The position numbers were made by a program, and so were the translations under genes. From Phoronis australis (lineage: Eukaryota; Animalia; Phoronida): a stretch of 64,000 bases of DNA. Below, in pieces: positions 1 to 13,049 of the stretch (within the stretch, counting starts at the first letter, position 1; each line of letters starts with the position of its first letter). Below the pieces are notes generated by a model. The model was not told the DNA's origin. It saw only the letters and a program-made list of their open reading frames with translations, and did not search any database. The stretch lies in assembly GCA_002633005.1 (NCBI GenBank), contig NMRA01000231.1:376082-440081 (forward strand). The letters are read 5' to 3'.

Positions 1-797
1 GTATATAGTTAATGCATATGAGTTTCCAGTCAAAGTTTGCGCTTGAAGACCAGTATATTCGTGCTTCAAACTCGAGTAAAGACTCAAAATTTGAGTTTCA
101 ACTCGAACATTTAGCCTTATTGTTGGGTTTATCAACTGCAAACTAGGACTAAAAAACTATCAACGCACGTCACTATGAGCATCTAATAGACACATATCTT
201 GCGTTCCCACAAAAGTAGAGTTGAAAATGCCATACATACATGTACAGTAATTTCGAGTAAAAAGATTAGAGACCGCGAGCCCACGTGTCGATAGTGAATA
301 GCAACGTTTCGGCTTATGCGTAAGATCACACATTCTGTCCATGAAAATATACAGAGTTGGCGGTCCATGTATTATACTCTATAATAAGACATAACAAAAA
401 AGTAAAATTAAGCGTTGATTAAGCAAAAGTACGCGTTGAATAACAACAGAACATCTATAATATAGAATGCGTCTTTTGCCCAAACTCCGTCTCCCCCGCT
501 CCAATACAGACCTTCGTTGCGCGCGTTTCAGCACCACCTTGGTCCCAGGTGTTGTACCGCCTCCTATTTGGATTCGAGGTGTTCTATTATTTCTCGCGGA
601 CGCGGAGGGAGGGTGGACAGTTTCGTACTGGCCTTGGTGACCTCAGTCGGTCTTCTCAACAGGCCTGGGTGACGTCACTCCGTCGGCTTAATTTCATTCC
701 CTCCGGCTTCTGTCGCGTATATAATTCATCGGGCCTGTCGCCGCCAAAATTAATGATGCCTCAGTAATTTTTTTTACTCTTCCTTGAGGAAACTTAA

Positions 798-3700
798 GAG
801 TGACTCCATGTAAAAACCAACAGGTAGAGTCTATACCCAAAATCACCGATTTTTTTGAAACTTAGCACATAAGTTTGATTTGTTGAGAAGTAGAAAAACC
901 TCACTTTTTCAGAATTTTCATTCATTATTATTCTTTTTATGACCTGTACCTCCATTTTGCAACAAAATTGGGCGTCGAAGTAGGCATGTTTGAATGCATT
1001 TTACTAGTATGTATGAAACGGTTAAAACAAATGAATAATACGAATTGAAAGGGCAATGGCTGAATAATGTAATGGCATAACTTTCAAAATCCATTTCTAA
1101 ATTTATACGTTTTGAATTTGTGAGGCAAAAACGGTTATTTTTCAGGTTTTCACTGAAGCCATTTTCGGCCACATTTGACACTCTGTAGCAGCCATAACGC
1201 ACCTTTCCTGAAATTGACTTTATAATAATTTTTTAGGTCATTCCTAACCTGTTTATAATCTAAAATAAAAAATCTTGCCTCTAATGTAGTTTTTGCGTAC
1301 GAAGCATTATACGAACTGCACTTCGTCCTTTTGCATGTTCTCAGTTGCCTCTGCTGCCAATAGGGGGCTCTTGGAACATATAATAAGCTTGCGAAACACG
1401 AAATAAAAACTTTGTATTTTGGAGAAAAGGCAGACAGCATTATTAATTACCATTCTATGAAAACGGCATTGATGATTAATACTTATTACAAAAATGTGTA
1501 CGTAAATCAACTGGCATGCGTGCTTCTAAATGATAGATGGCGCTGCTTTTGTTTACGTGGAGACTGAAGACGCATCTAGAATAAGAGCAGTAACACGAGG
1601 ACCTTGCTATAATTCAAGACTTCGCGAGATGTTGCCGTGTATTTTAAATGAGAACACGTGGTTTTGGATAAATTTTAGAGAGGTTCTAGTGTTACTGAAC
1701 TCACCCCTGCCTTGTTTTCTATCTGCCTTGTTCGTGCCACAGGCAAAGGAAGCCCCCCAAGGTGGATATGCCCCGGCCCCTAGTGTTCAGTGCAAAAAAT
1801 CCTTCAACTTGTCAATAGTCATTGTAACTTTGGGTTCATATTGTAATGTCCCTGCTGGTTGCTACAAATTTTAGTCGCCACCAGTCGACAGAAATCTGGT
1901 GTTCCCCCCACACACACCGGGCACCCTAACGCTGAATATTTCTGCCAGTGTGATCATCAGTGGTATAAAAAGGTACACATTCACAGTTAATAGAAAATAA
2001 TTCGCGAAAGACAATTTTATTAATGACTACTTCATGACAGACATGAAGTAAACAGAAGTAACGGTCTCGACTTCATATATCACACATCTTTGACTGGTAT
2101 GCTACAAAACTAGGCTAAACGTTGAGCTCATTTATCACTTCATTCAGTAAATATAACAGCATCTTCAGCAGAAATAGCATCGTCATAAACATTGCTGCAG
2201 ACAACCTCGAAAAAATCCACCAATCTGCGATTCACTTAACATCACAGGTAAATTTACACTTTCACAGTGGGTTCTCGGCGTAATGTTTTCTCCCGGCATT
2301 TTGGCACTTCCGAGGGTGAAAGTTTTTACCTGACTTTCTCCTTCATCGAATATGTTCGTCAGAAAGTTCTTAACCTTTGATGAAAATCTTGTTGACCTTT
2401 TACCTTTTTTCAATGCCTAACCTATTGCTTCAGCATTCGTCTCATCCACATTGTACTCTGAGGCTGCCTCAAATGACGCTCCGGGTTCTTGCATCTAAAA
2501 GCATTTCTGACGACTGTCGTGCGATGTGGTCATACGTGTTCAGTGTGGTTACCCACATCCAAATGCCGACCTAGTTCTGCGTCTGTAGCAAAAAATTTCG
2601 AGTAACCTTGCTGGGTACAAGGGAACTTTTGTTGAGGCTCTTCACTAGATACAATTCCAACCTTAAGTCTTGGTGTTGAAAATCCGCCATGTCTAGAGAT
2701 GTTAGTGTAATTTAGAGAAATAGGTTTCCCATTTTCTCAGTATTTGTAAGAACTTACCGTCATCTACATGGAATGATTTCCACACGTGAATTCCTTGGAT
2801 GGAATAGTGGGAATTTGGGAATGTCCTTATACCAGGAACTGAGTATTTTGGAAAAGACTTTGTTGCATTGACTGAAAATGCATACACATAACATCCCTTC
2901 ACACGGCCACTGGAAAGTAGTGCTTCTTTCAAATCCAGAAAGTTTATGATATTATTACTTTCGGCTACAAAGTACTTTGCATGTTGTTTGAGTGGAGCGA
3001 TCTTGCGATCACAGAGATCCTTTCCATTCTGACTTTCACTAAAGTCATATCTCGAAACAGAAATGCCGGTAGAATTTGACAAGGGTGCTACGTTCAGGAG
3101 GAGAGGAGCAGAGTGGTAACATCCAGCATTACCTGACTCTTCCATGACTGGTCCTGTTCAGTCAGAAATTCACCGACTCTGGGTAGTACGAGTCCGTACT
3201 CTGGAACAGGCCTTGCTTTGTGAAGTAGTTTCTTGTATCTCAAATGTTCAGTGGTGTCTTTGACATGACTCACTAAAGCACACAGCTTTTGTGATTTTTT
3301 GAAGAATAAACTCTAAAGGAACATGAAGGCCCATCGACATCGTCCGCCATTTTGTCTTTTTAAAATGCACTTGCTTCTCTCAAAACCAGACATTACAAAT
3401 ATCAATTCTTACTCGTTTAATCTTAAAGGCATTTATTTCCATTCAAAAGTTGTACAGAGTGTTTAAATTAACCTGATTATGTAAAAGAAATGAAAGAATA
3501 CGAGAGGATTACACGTACATTTTTTATAAATCCTCAAGCTTTAAACCTCAACTGACTTCCTCAGTGGGCAAAGGTCATCGGGTTCAGTTTTGATACTAGC
3601 CGCGTAATAAACCCAGAAAACATCTTGTTTTCATTTGAAAGACTTTAGACTTGGTTTCTATAACTATTTAAAGCAGACTTCTTGCCTAAAAGTTTGTTCA

Positions 3701-4276
3701 AATGGTTTGTAAACTCTGCTCGTCATTTCCAAACTATGAAAATAGACAGTTTTGCAAGACAATTTTCACTAAAGTGCAAAGTTGAGGCAAGATTTTTTAT
3801 TGCTCAGTCATCAAGACTAACTCTTTAACTGTATGTTCAAAACGTCACATAAGGCTACAAGGTGTTTTATGGCAGTAAGAAGGTCACAAAAATGGCCACT
3901 AAAATTAGCCCCAAAAAGTGGTCTGTGGATTATCTCCCCTGTCTAGCATAAAACTGTTAGATTTTAATAAATGGCACAGAATTATGCACAGTATACGTTG
4001 GTTATTTCAGCCACCAAAATATAGCTTTTGATCTATTTTGTATGTTACTCATTTTTGTTGCTGAAAACATGCGATTTTTGAGACGGCTAATATGCCCAAT
4101 TGTGCCAATTTGTGTTATCATGCTCCAGCGGCGAAATTAGGGGTCATTGAGTGCGCAAAATTTGGCATTTGGGTTTTTGTTAGGATACCTACCCATGTAC
4201 AAAAAATGAAGTTGTTTTAAATTTTGACGTATAGACTGATTTTTGAAAATCTACTGGTTTTTATATGGACTGCCTC
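798..4276 (-). mobile_element. Sola3 DNA transposon, decayed and internally deleted, both termini retained
   Basis: TTAA at 794-797 and 4277-4280, with GAG...CTC termini. Imperfect TIR: GAGTGACTCCATGTAAAAACCAACAG vs GAGGCAGTCCATATAAAAACCAGTAG (20/26). Transposase remnant inside. TTAA TSD plus GAG/CTC ends are the described Sola3 signature. Confidence 0.85.
2183..3145 (-). pseudogene. Sola3 DDD transposase remnant (catalytic core and C-terminal region)
   Basis: ORF 2702-3145 has S(G)NAGCYH...RYDFSESQNGKDLCDRKIAPLK, matching the SDNAGCYH...FSE.Q.GK..CDR motif with the Asp changed to Gly. ORF 2183-2413 has RFSSKVKNFLTNIFDEGE...LSESQIGGFF, typical of the C-terminus. Frameshifts lie between the two. 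Confidence 0.8.
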
Positions 4277-5316
4277 TTAATTATTTACCAGGATGTTGGA
4301 AAACTGACGTTCTTCAGTTATTCTGCTGCTAAAATTGCGATGCGCTCTTTGGGCGCCATGGCGTCGCTTATCGAGCCAATTTGCATGTTCTTCAATCAAC
4401 TGTGGAGGTTGCGTACGTAACAATCGGAAATGGTTTCATTTTAATATTTTAATACCAAAAAAACAATTTCAGAAAATACTCTCGAGAGATATCGCAACGT
4501 TTTTCGGAAACAGCGCCTACGTGCGGGTGTCAAGTGATTGCACTGTTTTCAAAACGACGGCAGATAGAATTTTCCTTTGTTACAAAGGGCGCAGAATTGC
4601 GAAAAATAACGTTTATTAGATTTTGTTTACTTCTATAAACGGCTGTAACGGGCACTGTGAATGTCAATTCATTCCCAGATGCTGCATGCACTCCTGCACT
4701 AAGGCAGGTTGTTAGCTTTAAGTTTCAAGACGAAGTGAGGAGCTGTCTAACTGAGCTCTACACACGGCTACCTACATGTAGCTGCATGTTGATGATAGTC
4801 TTCATACAGCTAGCTGGCTTTCTACCTCAGCATGTACATTTATGATACAACTTATGTAAATATATCCAAGATTTTGAGTTGGAGGGGGGGCATAGCAAAT
4901 AGAATATTAGCCAGAGTTTTGCCCTTCACTGAGACATTCGCACCCCCGAACTGCCAAATGGAAGCTGAGCGAATTTTATGGTGGGCCATGACCCCCTTGT
5001 CCCCCTTCTAAATCCGCCACTGACCTCTATATACTTTGTGTACTATACAATATTTTTAATGCATTCTTGGTTTTCACTTTAAATTGAAGAATATCTGATT
5101 ACCGTACTTTGTGTCACGGCAGGGTCAAATGCTCTGGAAAGAACTAGGGGAAGAGTCCCACAGCCGCACACCTTAATTGCATACTAAAATCTGACAGGTG
5201 ACAGAAATTCTGCTTGAAGCTTTGAACACGGTCTCTTCAAGAAGTATTCCTGTCTATTTCGATGAACACTCGATCGGTTGACTCTCAGGTGTATCTACTT
5301 CCCCTCGGCGTTTCCC

Positions 5317-5354
5317 ACTAGCTGCTACCCGCGAAAGCACGGGTTGCAGCTAGT
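5317..5354. repeat. Palindromic hairpin ending in CTAG|T, Helitron/Helentron-like terminus
   Basis: actagctgctacccg-cgaaagca-cgggttgcagctagt: 15-bp arms with one mismatch, terminal CTAG followed by T. Confidence 0.45.
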
Positions 5355-5379
5355 AATCGTTTACAAGGCAACTATACGT

Positions 5380-5475
5380 ACGCGTTGAATGAGCAAATCT
5401 ACACACTGATTAAGCAAAATCATGCGTTGATTAAGCTAAAATACGCACTAATTAAGCAAAATACGCGTTAATTGA
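5380..5475. repeat. About 22-bp degenerate minisatellite (gcgttgattaagcaaaatac-like); related copy at 405-440
   Basis: Four to five imperfect tandem units visible. The same motif occurs at 412-440. Confidence 0.6.
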
Positions 5476-5559
5476 GGTACACGTTTGAAAAACTTTAGTT
5501 TGGGGCTTTACCCAAGTGGTAAGTGTTTAAACATATCTCGCCAACGACAGTCATATCAT

Positions 5560-5900
5560 AGTGTCACTGAAATTGATTTTATGTTATATCTTCCACCCTT
5601 TACAACAGAAGTCATTATATACTTGAACACAATGAGTACTCACACCCACCAGATTGTCATTGTTATATAGAGGACAATCACATGACTTCCTGGCAAGAAA
5701 AGGTTATGTCCTGCTGTAATAAATTTTCCACCTTAGCATGTGTTTAATGCCATAAAACAGAAAATGACATTTGCCCATTACCAATAACAGAATTCCTGGC
5801 AAAACTATGATAAGCTGGTTGACAGCTAACTTTTCGATCTCTACCTTTCATTCCAGAATGTTTATATTTTTGAGTTTTACAAGTGTGTATCAACCAGGCT
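5560..5900 (+). pseudogene. LRR fragment
   Basis: CNKFSTLACV, LPITNNRIP and NFSISTFHSRMF in shifting frames. Confidence 0.35.
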
Positions 5901-6689
5901 TAATGCTAGCTGGGCGCCTGCCAAGTGCTTTTGCAGAACCAGTTTTAAACTTTGCTCATATACTGCCCCGTCTGAAAACGGTCAGGTGGCAGTTTGGCAC
6001 CGCAACCAGTAGTGGCTGGATATCAATAGCGTGCATGGTATCAGTACTAGTTGTGCGCCAGTTCAGCACCGGCCCAGTTTCTGTCTAGTACCAACCTAGA
6101 ACCGGTCTGATATCAACTGTTCGGCCATGGTTTTGGACCAAACTGGTACCAGATGGTTATTGTGCTTGTGCACCGGTACAGATCTGGCAGCTTCTGGAAT
6201 GTACAGAAACAGTACCCGGGTGGAAATGGCCTGGTGTTGGATCTTGCACCAGCTACGACACTGGCAAAGTGAATAAATAAGAAAAAGTATTCCGGTCCGG
6301 TCCCAATTTGTGTACGGTACAGTGATAACGGAATGCATTTTACCAGTGATAACGTCCCCTTTCTAAACACATAAAACCCATAGACGATAATACTTCAACA
6401 GAAAAGAGGTAGGGTTATGTATTTAAATTGCTTGCGAAATCCGTTTTCATCGTTGTTGCGTTTCTAATGGAAAACACCAGTTTACTAAAGTTTCCGGCAC
6501 GTAACTTGTATGTCCCCAGAAGTTCTCGTTATAAGAGCACCGATTTAAAGTCACAGCATATGCAAATAAATGTGCATGTGCATACTTGGCTGGCCCTTAC
6601 ACTGCCAGTTTTTCTTTGTCATATAGTACTTTTCAGTGGAGTGTTTGGGAACTGTAGTTAACACATGTAATTCATCAAGTAGTGTGTTT

Positions 6690-7900
6690 TTTCAAAATAA
6701 CTCATGCATGCAGTCCACTAACAGTGATCAAGGGTTATAATGATGGTGGTCATGCCCCATACCAGATACGCCTTTCGTTTCCTCCTCAGGAACCATCTCC
6801 CACTTCTCTATCGATTTCACATCACATGAGTACTTGTTATGATCTTTTGGCTCTCCAATCGCTTTCATTACCAAGATCTCTTTATCTACCCCTTTGTAGC
6901 GGAATCTCGTGTCACTGTGAAGGTGAAGGATATATCAAGTCAGCACCAGGTGAATTTGTTATAGTCGCTTTGAATCGGCAACTGGTCAATAGCAAACTCT
7001 TTGTTGCATTACTACGAAAATGTTCACACCTGTATAGGCCAAAACATGCGTTTTGAGAACACCTAAAATAAAAATGACTTAGAAAATATGGCCAATGTTT
7101 TATATGTTACTAAAAGCTGGACATAAGGGGTTATTTCTGACAAAGCCATATTTCGCGTTTTGTAAAGCAAGTGAAAGAGTAGTATTACACGTATGTTTCA
7201 GTTTAGTGGATACAAATACGACCCGTTTCAGGACCGCACCTGGTCATTACTCTAAGAAGGTCTGTTCATTAGGTAATCAAAGTTTTCATTAGTATACCAA
7301 ACTAATATGTGAATTGGAAAATTGTAACTCAAAATCAGTTTGCACCCATTGACCTTTGACCTTAAAATAGATTCAATTGATCCTATCGGAAATCTGAATA
7401 CTCTTTGGATACACCTGTATGGCACTTTTCTATTCACAAAACGTAAAAAGTTTATCACAAAATTGCAGAATGAAAAATATTTCAAAGGAATGTATGTTGG
7501 TTGAATCTTCTTTGGGTCTTGTAGTGTATTATGGCTATTAACAATAGTATCAGTGAATTTTGATTGGTGAATGTCTTGAACCACCGGGATTTAAAATATG
7601 TCTCTCGTAAAAGAAGTATGTACAATGGTCTTATACAAAGTTTTTTTGGAAAACGACACATAAAATTTATTCGTCATTTTTTCTGTCTTGTAAATCCACG
7701 ACCTCAAGTTTTAATGTGGGTTACATATTGTCATAAATCTTTGTCATGGACGTTATGCTCAGTAACCAGTGGCAACTTACTTTAGCAGACGACACTTTAA
7801 CAGTGGAAGCTTAGCATTGTAGTGAATTAGCTTATTTGATTAAGACTTATTTATAGATTCACCTTATTTCTATTTTGTTTCAATTTCTAGTGACTTTACG
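6690..7900 (+). pseudogene. Toll-like receptor remnant (LRRs, TM-like stretch, TIR start)
   Basis: TSLSISHH and LQSLSLPRSLYL (ORF 6682-7056). Hydrophobic IFFGSCSVLWLLTIVSV near 7505-7555. LEPPGFKICL at 7575-7604 matches the TIR LE..GFKxCL segment. Confidence 0.55.
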
Positions 7901-8329
7901 TTTCTTAAAAGGTCATGACCTCCGACCTCGAACCTTTAAATTAGAAAGCCGAGGCTATACGAGAAAGGCAATGTGTGGTATAAATATTTCCTTATATGTT
8001 CTCAGTCGTTACCCCCCTATATAGAACGCTCGTAAATTTTAGAGAATTATTCAAAATCCACTCGGCCTCTAGATTACCGGGGATATCCACTTCGCCATGA
8101 TGTAATCTGTAATTATTCGTAATATCTTATAGTGATTTTTTTTTCAACGGGATGTCAGAAGATTGGAAATTGTACAGAGAGTATGAGGAAGTATAAATCA
8201 AGCTGTCGAACAAAAAGTCACTGCACTGTCGTATTTTTGATTATATATGAGGTGTTTCAAAAAACATCCACTTTTCAAAAAAGTATCAATTTAACTATGT
8301 CCTTATAATTTAATTTCTAATAGATCACA

Positions 8330-8960
8330 GGCGTATTGTTGATTTTACGAAAAACAACTTCCAACTAAGAACCAAACTAAGGTGACATTTGAACTGGAAA
8401 AGGTGGCATACTGTACGTGTACAGCGGTGTACCAGTCGGCGACTTTCATAAAACGTTAAGCGCTGTGTTAACTTGCTTTCGATTCCAACTATATCCCTCA
8501 AGGCAAAACAGGCATTTTTAGCAAGGATTTTTCTCAGAATCACCTCTTCTGATCAAGAGGAATAAGAGGAAATTGTCTAAACATTATAGTACAATGTAGA
8601 GAAATCGCTATATGTTACGACTCATTCAATACGAGTATAATTACGAGTAGCTACTGAACTTAAAGAGCAACGAGTCGCAAGTGCCTTCTGGCTTTTTCAA
8701 GCCTAAGAGTAGGTGTTACAATGTAGACCCGAGCAAAAGCGACACTCTTGGTATCTGGTGTAGTTAGGACCTGGCCGTGTACTAGTCGAGAAATAATTTG
8801 ACTAAGGAGTTGATATTTGCACACTTTCTTGAACCGCATGCTATTGTTAAGTGGTAAATTACAGCTATGCACACGATACATGTACAGTATCACCGTGAGA
8901 GAGTTACATGTATGCGTGTCACTTTATGATCCAATACACTTTTACAAAGATGGTAGTGTT
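8330..8960 (+). pseudogene. LRR/LRRCT fragment
   Basis: IRGNCLNII near 8560. LLNLKSNESQVPSGFF at 8651-8698. RMLLLSGKLQLCT (LRRCT-like) near 8835-8875. Confidence 0.55.
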
Positions 8961-8985
8961 AGAAAACAGCATGTAAATACATTAC

Positions 8986-9300
8986 CTTGGCGATATCTTG
9001 TTGTCTTCGATGAACCAACTGACAACCACTTTGTCGTATGGATCCCTTTCAAAACCGCATTCTACTTCGTTCTTGTCTTTTGAGAATTTCAAGGCACCAG
9101 GGCCACTTAACCTTTTTAGTGGTTCTGAAATCATATTGCGAGACAGACTAGTTGACGGTTGCATGAAATATTCTCAATAGGGGCTCAACTGTGGTTCGTA
9201 AATGGCAGCGAATTTTTAGACATTGTTCATTCAGTCGTGTTATATTTGACAAGATCGTGGATCTGAAAACTAAAACCTTGCATTGTGATTAAATGAATGA
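8986..9300 (-). pseudogene. LRR-like fragment (alternative reading: Ig N-half exon 8986-9124)
   Basis: LSRNMIS...KNEV...EDNKIS with Asn spacing of 22 and 23 aa, and LSNITRLN upstream. Also has AG/GT-compatible boundaries and a C...W pair, so the call is ambiguous. Confidence 0.35.
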
Positions 9301-9802
9301 AAACTATTAGAGAGTCTAATCCATAACGGAATGGCATACAATCTCAAAACGTGGTGAAAAACTCTCTGAGTAATTGGCAAAAGTTCGAGTACACTGTCTA
9401 ATTTAGGCACCCGATGTTACTTTCTGATGAGCTCTATAAATTGTATTATGTCCATGTAAGTTGCCGTACTGAACACAAACTGACAAACCACGTGTGCGTG
9501 GAAGAACGCACAGCGTTTTGTGACTTCAGAAATCGTGCAGCTACGATTAGGATAGCGTGGAGTTCATTGTTTTGTGATAATTGCCGTAGATGTTTTATGA
9601 CATATACAAGTATTAGGTCATAGTAAAATTAGCTGCGAACACAACGGTGGTGACTCTTTACTTAAATACACAACGACATAGACTATTACATAATAAGACC
9701 GTATTTCGAAAGTAGACACACATGTAACACGCTAATATATTAAAGGACATGTTATTAACATAGGGGGTCATGTTGTTTGGTCGGGGATAGTTGTGGTAGT
9801 AT

Positions 9803-10417
9803 AATAGCTCACTTGCGAGTTTCTCGTTAGTCAATGTGACGTCACCGGAAGAGGGGCAAAACCCGCCATATTGCTCTTGTTTTGCCCCGAGTCTTTGCTA
9901 CACACGCTAAATCTTATTGGAGTTCTTATGGTGAATTTTACGCTTAAAACGTTAACACAACTTTAGAGATGGTAGATGGATCGTAGAATAACTGTGAATG
10001 GACGAAGAAAATGTGAACTTGTTATGTTGTGCGAAGGTGTGAACGGGCTGAAATTGGAACTCAACCCGGTCTAGGCCTGAATGCCGCAGGCCATACAGGG
10101 GCGATAGTGTATCCCCATAAAAAGGTTACTCACTTCAAAATACAGCAAATAAAATCAAATGAAACATGCATATGAGCACATGGAGTTATAATTAACACGT
10201 ATACTCTGACTCTGGATACAATTTAGTCTACAAATACTAAACTTAAACATATCCATGAAAATCTCGCGGTTCGCTCGCTTTCTCACGGGGCGCCATTTTG
10301 AGGAAGTTACGTGAAATCACGCCTGTTGACGAAAAGCTATTGCCCCACTTCCCGTGACGTCACAGTTGAGTCTCACATAATCTCGCGTTATTTTTATAAA
10401 CTCGCAAAAGAACTATT
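9803..10417. mobile_element. Non-autonomous DNA transposon (MITE) with bipartite inverted repeats
   Basis: aatagctcacttgcgagttt at the left vs reverse complement aatagttcttttgcgagttt at the right. Inner IR tgtgacgtcaccggaagaggggcaa / tgtgacgtcacgggaagtggggcaa. Confidence 0.75.
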
Positions 10418-10699
10418 GGATTACACGGTTCTTGAATGAATGGCAAATAGGTTGTTGGCTAACAAGGTAGCAACAGCAAGGTGATCGGGAGCAGAATAAA
10501 AACTAACACAGTCGTTGAGTTTCTACTGACACACAATGTTTTTAAACTCTAACTACAATGCGCATAGTGAAAAGAAATATATATATGGGCTGCGAGAGCA
10601 AAACAACGACCATATTGAAAGATCCGGTGATTTCATCCAATAAACATGAATGAAGTCTAGACAGCTGTCCGGCATATTAGTTTATGTGTAAGCCGCTAG

Positions 10700-12620
10700 A
10701 GGGAACTGGGCCAAGTTTGATGATTAGATATGCGTGAACAAAGAAAAATATTTTATTGTACAATAGCCACCTATGTTTGCTAGTCGAGCGTTAACAGTTA
10801 GCACAATTTGAATGTCTATTGCTGACCAAAGTAAGTCTAGACCTCTCTGACTTAGCGTTATGCCGGAGTACCTGAACCTCACCTGTGCATCGATTAATAT
10901 GACAGACGAAATATTATTGAACAAACTTGCTGGATGATCTCAGGCTCAAAACATTTCTTCGACATCGAGGAGTACTACTTAACACACACACGAAGCAAAA
11001 ATTAATTGTAGGTTGGGTCGATAATCCAAATTCAGTCAACAAGTAATACACTCGTAGCTGGAACGTTCGATTGCGCAAAGCATGGTTAGCCTGAGGGTCC
11101 TAAAGTCCGAAATGCAGACATGACAAGAAGTGACGACTCTTGGGCTCACACAATTATTTACCACTTTCATAGGTTCGTGAATTTCTAGATTGGCGACACA
11201 TGGAACGTCAGTATACCCGACACCACAACGCCTGATTGCGAACAAATTGAAAATATAAATAGTAGTGTTGAGATAGGAGAGTAAATAACTTCGAAATTCG
11301 AAGTATTTTCTTTTAAAAATTTTTCAATTGTCTCGGTCAACAGTTTTAACGTTTCACTTTCCTTGTTTTCAAAAGTTGGAATCACCAATGTAACTATGGA
11401 ATTGATCTGAATAATTTTTTGTCATTTGGTTTTGACTGCCTATTTTTACCGATGGCTCAAGTTTGTCAGGAGAGGCAGATTTATGAATACGGAAGGACAT
11501 ATCGCTAGTAGTATCCTAAATGGAATACCTCCCGGAATAGGTCACCAGTCATCATGTTAACTAGTGTTGCGCACAGTAAAACTTGCAAAACTCCGATTTA
11601 ATTGAACCAACTTATTCAACGCAAATAAGGAAAATCTGCCTGCCCTGATGGGAATTGTAGTTTATCGCAGTTGACAACAGTTTCATCATCTGGTCATTAT
11701 AGTCCTCAGATTGTCATAAAACTTGAAATAATAAGTTACAAAATACGTTACCTGTTTACCCTGAAGTCCAACTTTATTAACACATGAAGTTTTGTCCTAC
11801 GCATGGTTTGCTCTGGATTGTGATTGCATGGTAGGTTACCATGTGCATATTAAAACCCTCAAACACTGTTTTTCGGTTCGTGACTTGGTTGGACCTTATC
11901 GGTTTGCTCTCCTGATCGTTTTCATTTTGACGTGGAACTGAGATCATAAATTAATCGAAAGTTTAGCCTCGTTTAGATGATTTATTTCAGTTTTAGCTTG
12001 GGCCACGGGACCAATGAAGCGGTCTGTGAAATTCTCCTAAAAGACTGAGGGTTTTCTCTATTCCACGGGGATAAACACAAATTAATTTTCTATAAGTAAA
12101 ATGTTGTGCCACGGAACTTGTTCCCATGAAAAGATGCGGATGCCGAGAGATCTTGTTTAGCACTGGTGAGTTGCTGGACTATTTCGAGCTCTGCCTGAAT
12201 ATCAAGTTTAGGCAGCAAAATCTTATTAATCAGGCAATGAGCGTGGACCTTGGTCATTTGTTTCGGAAAAATATTACGAAAAACCAATTGGGTTAGGGGA
12301 ATGGCGATTGGATAAGCACACTTACCAAACACATATAAGATTACAGACTTCCATGCCTCTCCGTATCTGTTAACTATACGGCATTGAACATTAACAATAT
12401 CTTGGGGTCTTTTTACATTCTTGAAGGTGAGCGTGTTTTCAGTTGCCTCGCGACCTCGATCTGGTCCATCTAAACCAAAATATAGCGTGTGGAGACAATA
12501 TTCTTACAACAGGTGTGTATTTGCTTGATAGAAAATCGTCTCCGGAGTAGCCTACGAACAAGAAGACAGAACCCCACGACACAACAAACACGAACTGTAA
12601 CTTAAAATACGACATGCCAC
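10700..12620 (-). pseudogene. Long LRR-receptor ectodomain remnant with signal-peptide-like start
   Basis: Hydrophobic start MSYFKLQFVFVVSWGSVFLFVGYS. Then SFHGNKFRG, NQVTNRKTVFEGF, FALNKLVQLNRS, GDLFREVFHL, KKLFRSIP and FNNISSV, with many stops and frameshifts. Confidence 0.55.
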
Positions 12621-13049
12621 AAGGCTGAAGGCAATGCATATCTTAAAACATTCCAGACACGAATTCACGAAAATACGTTTGGCGGTACATTTCATGAGGT
12701 TCCACTAAACTGCAGAATGATTAAGTTGTCGACAAGTTGTCAGTCGATTACACCACGCGCTTTTCCAAGGAAAGCTTCATTTTTAAGTGGCTGGTTTAAA
12801 TTCTGTAAATTTCTTAGTTTGGTGGGCATGTTCGTTACAAGGGCGGAATGAAAATTTTCAACTGTATTGCATTAAAGCAAAGTTTGTTGTTTATAATTTG
12901 TGTTTGTACACTCGCCTGATAGACATGGCACTTGTATACGTAGTTTCCTTTAATACTCAAGTAGCCGGTTTCGTAAAGGTGTTTGGAAGTTAAACCTGGT
13001 TTAAACTGGACTTGGACCAGGTTTAAAGATAATTTGCATTTCATGACGG

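Larger units (their letters stand above)
600..4850 (+). pseudogene. Degenerate LRR fragment split by the Sola3 insertion (pieces at about 600-797 and 4281-4850)
   Basis: SLRRLNFIPSGF near 680-710. Removing the element at the TTAA joins FYSSLRKL|NYLPGCW. NSFPDAACTPALRQV near 4665. Confidence 0.35.

Noticed and set aside
5880-6350. GC-richer stretch with recurring ccgg/ggtacc motifs, considered as a CRISPR-like array or coding region
   Set aside because: No constant repeat-spacer period, and the context is eukaryotic. Probably subterminal repeats of a non-autonomous DNA transposon whose ends I could not fix.
8986-9124. Neuroglian Ig6-like exon (EC...DP..VVVSW)
   Set aside because: Splice sites are plausible, but the 22-23 aa Asn periodicity and upstream LRR motifs fit an LRR remnant equally well. 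Left unresolved.
10768-10872. Ig5 C-half exon
   Set aside because: No Cys or Y-corner, weak donor, and contiguous with an LRR remnant.
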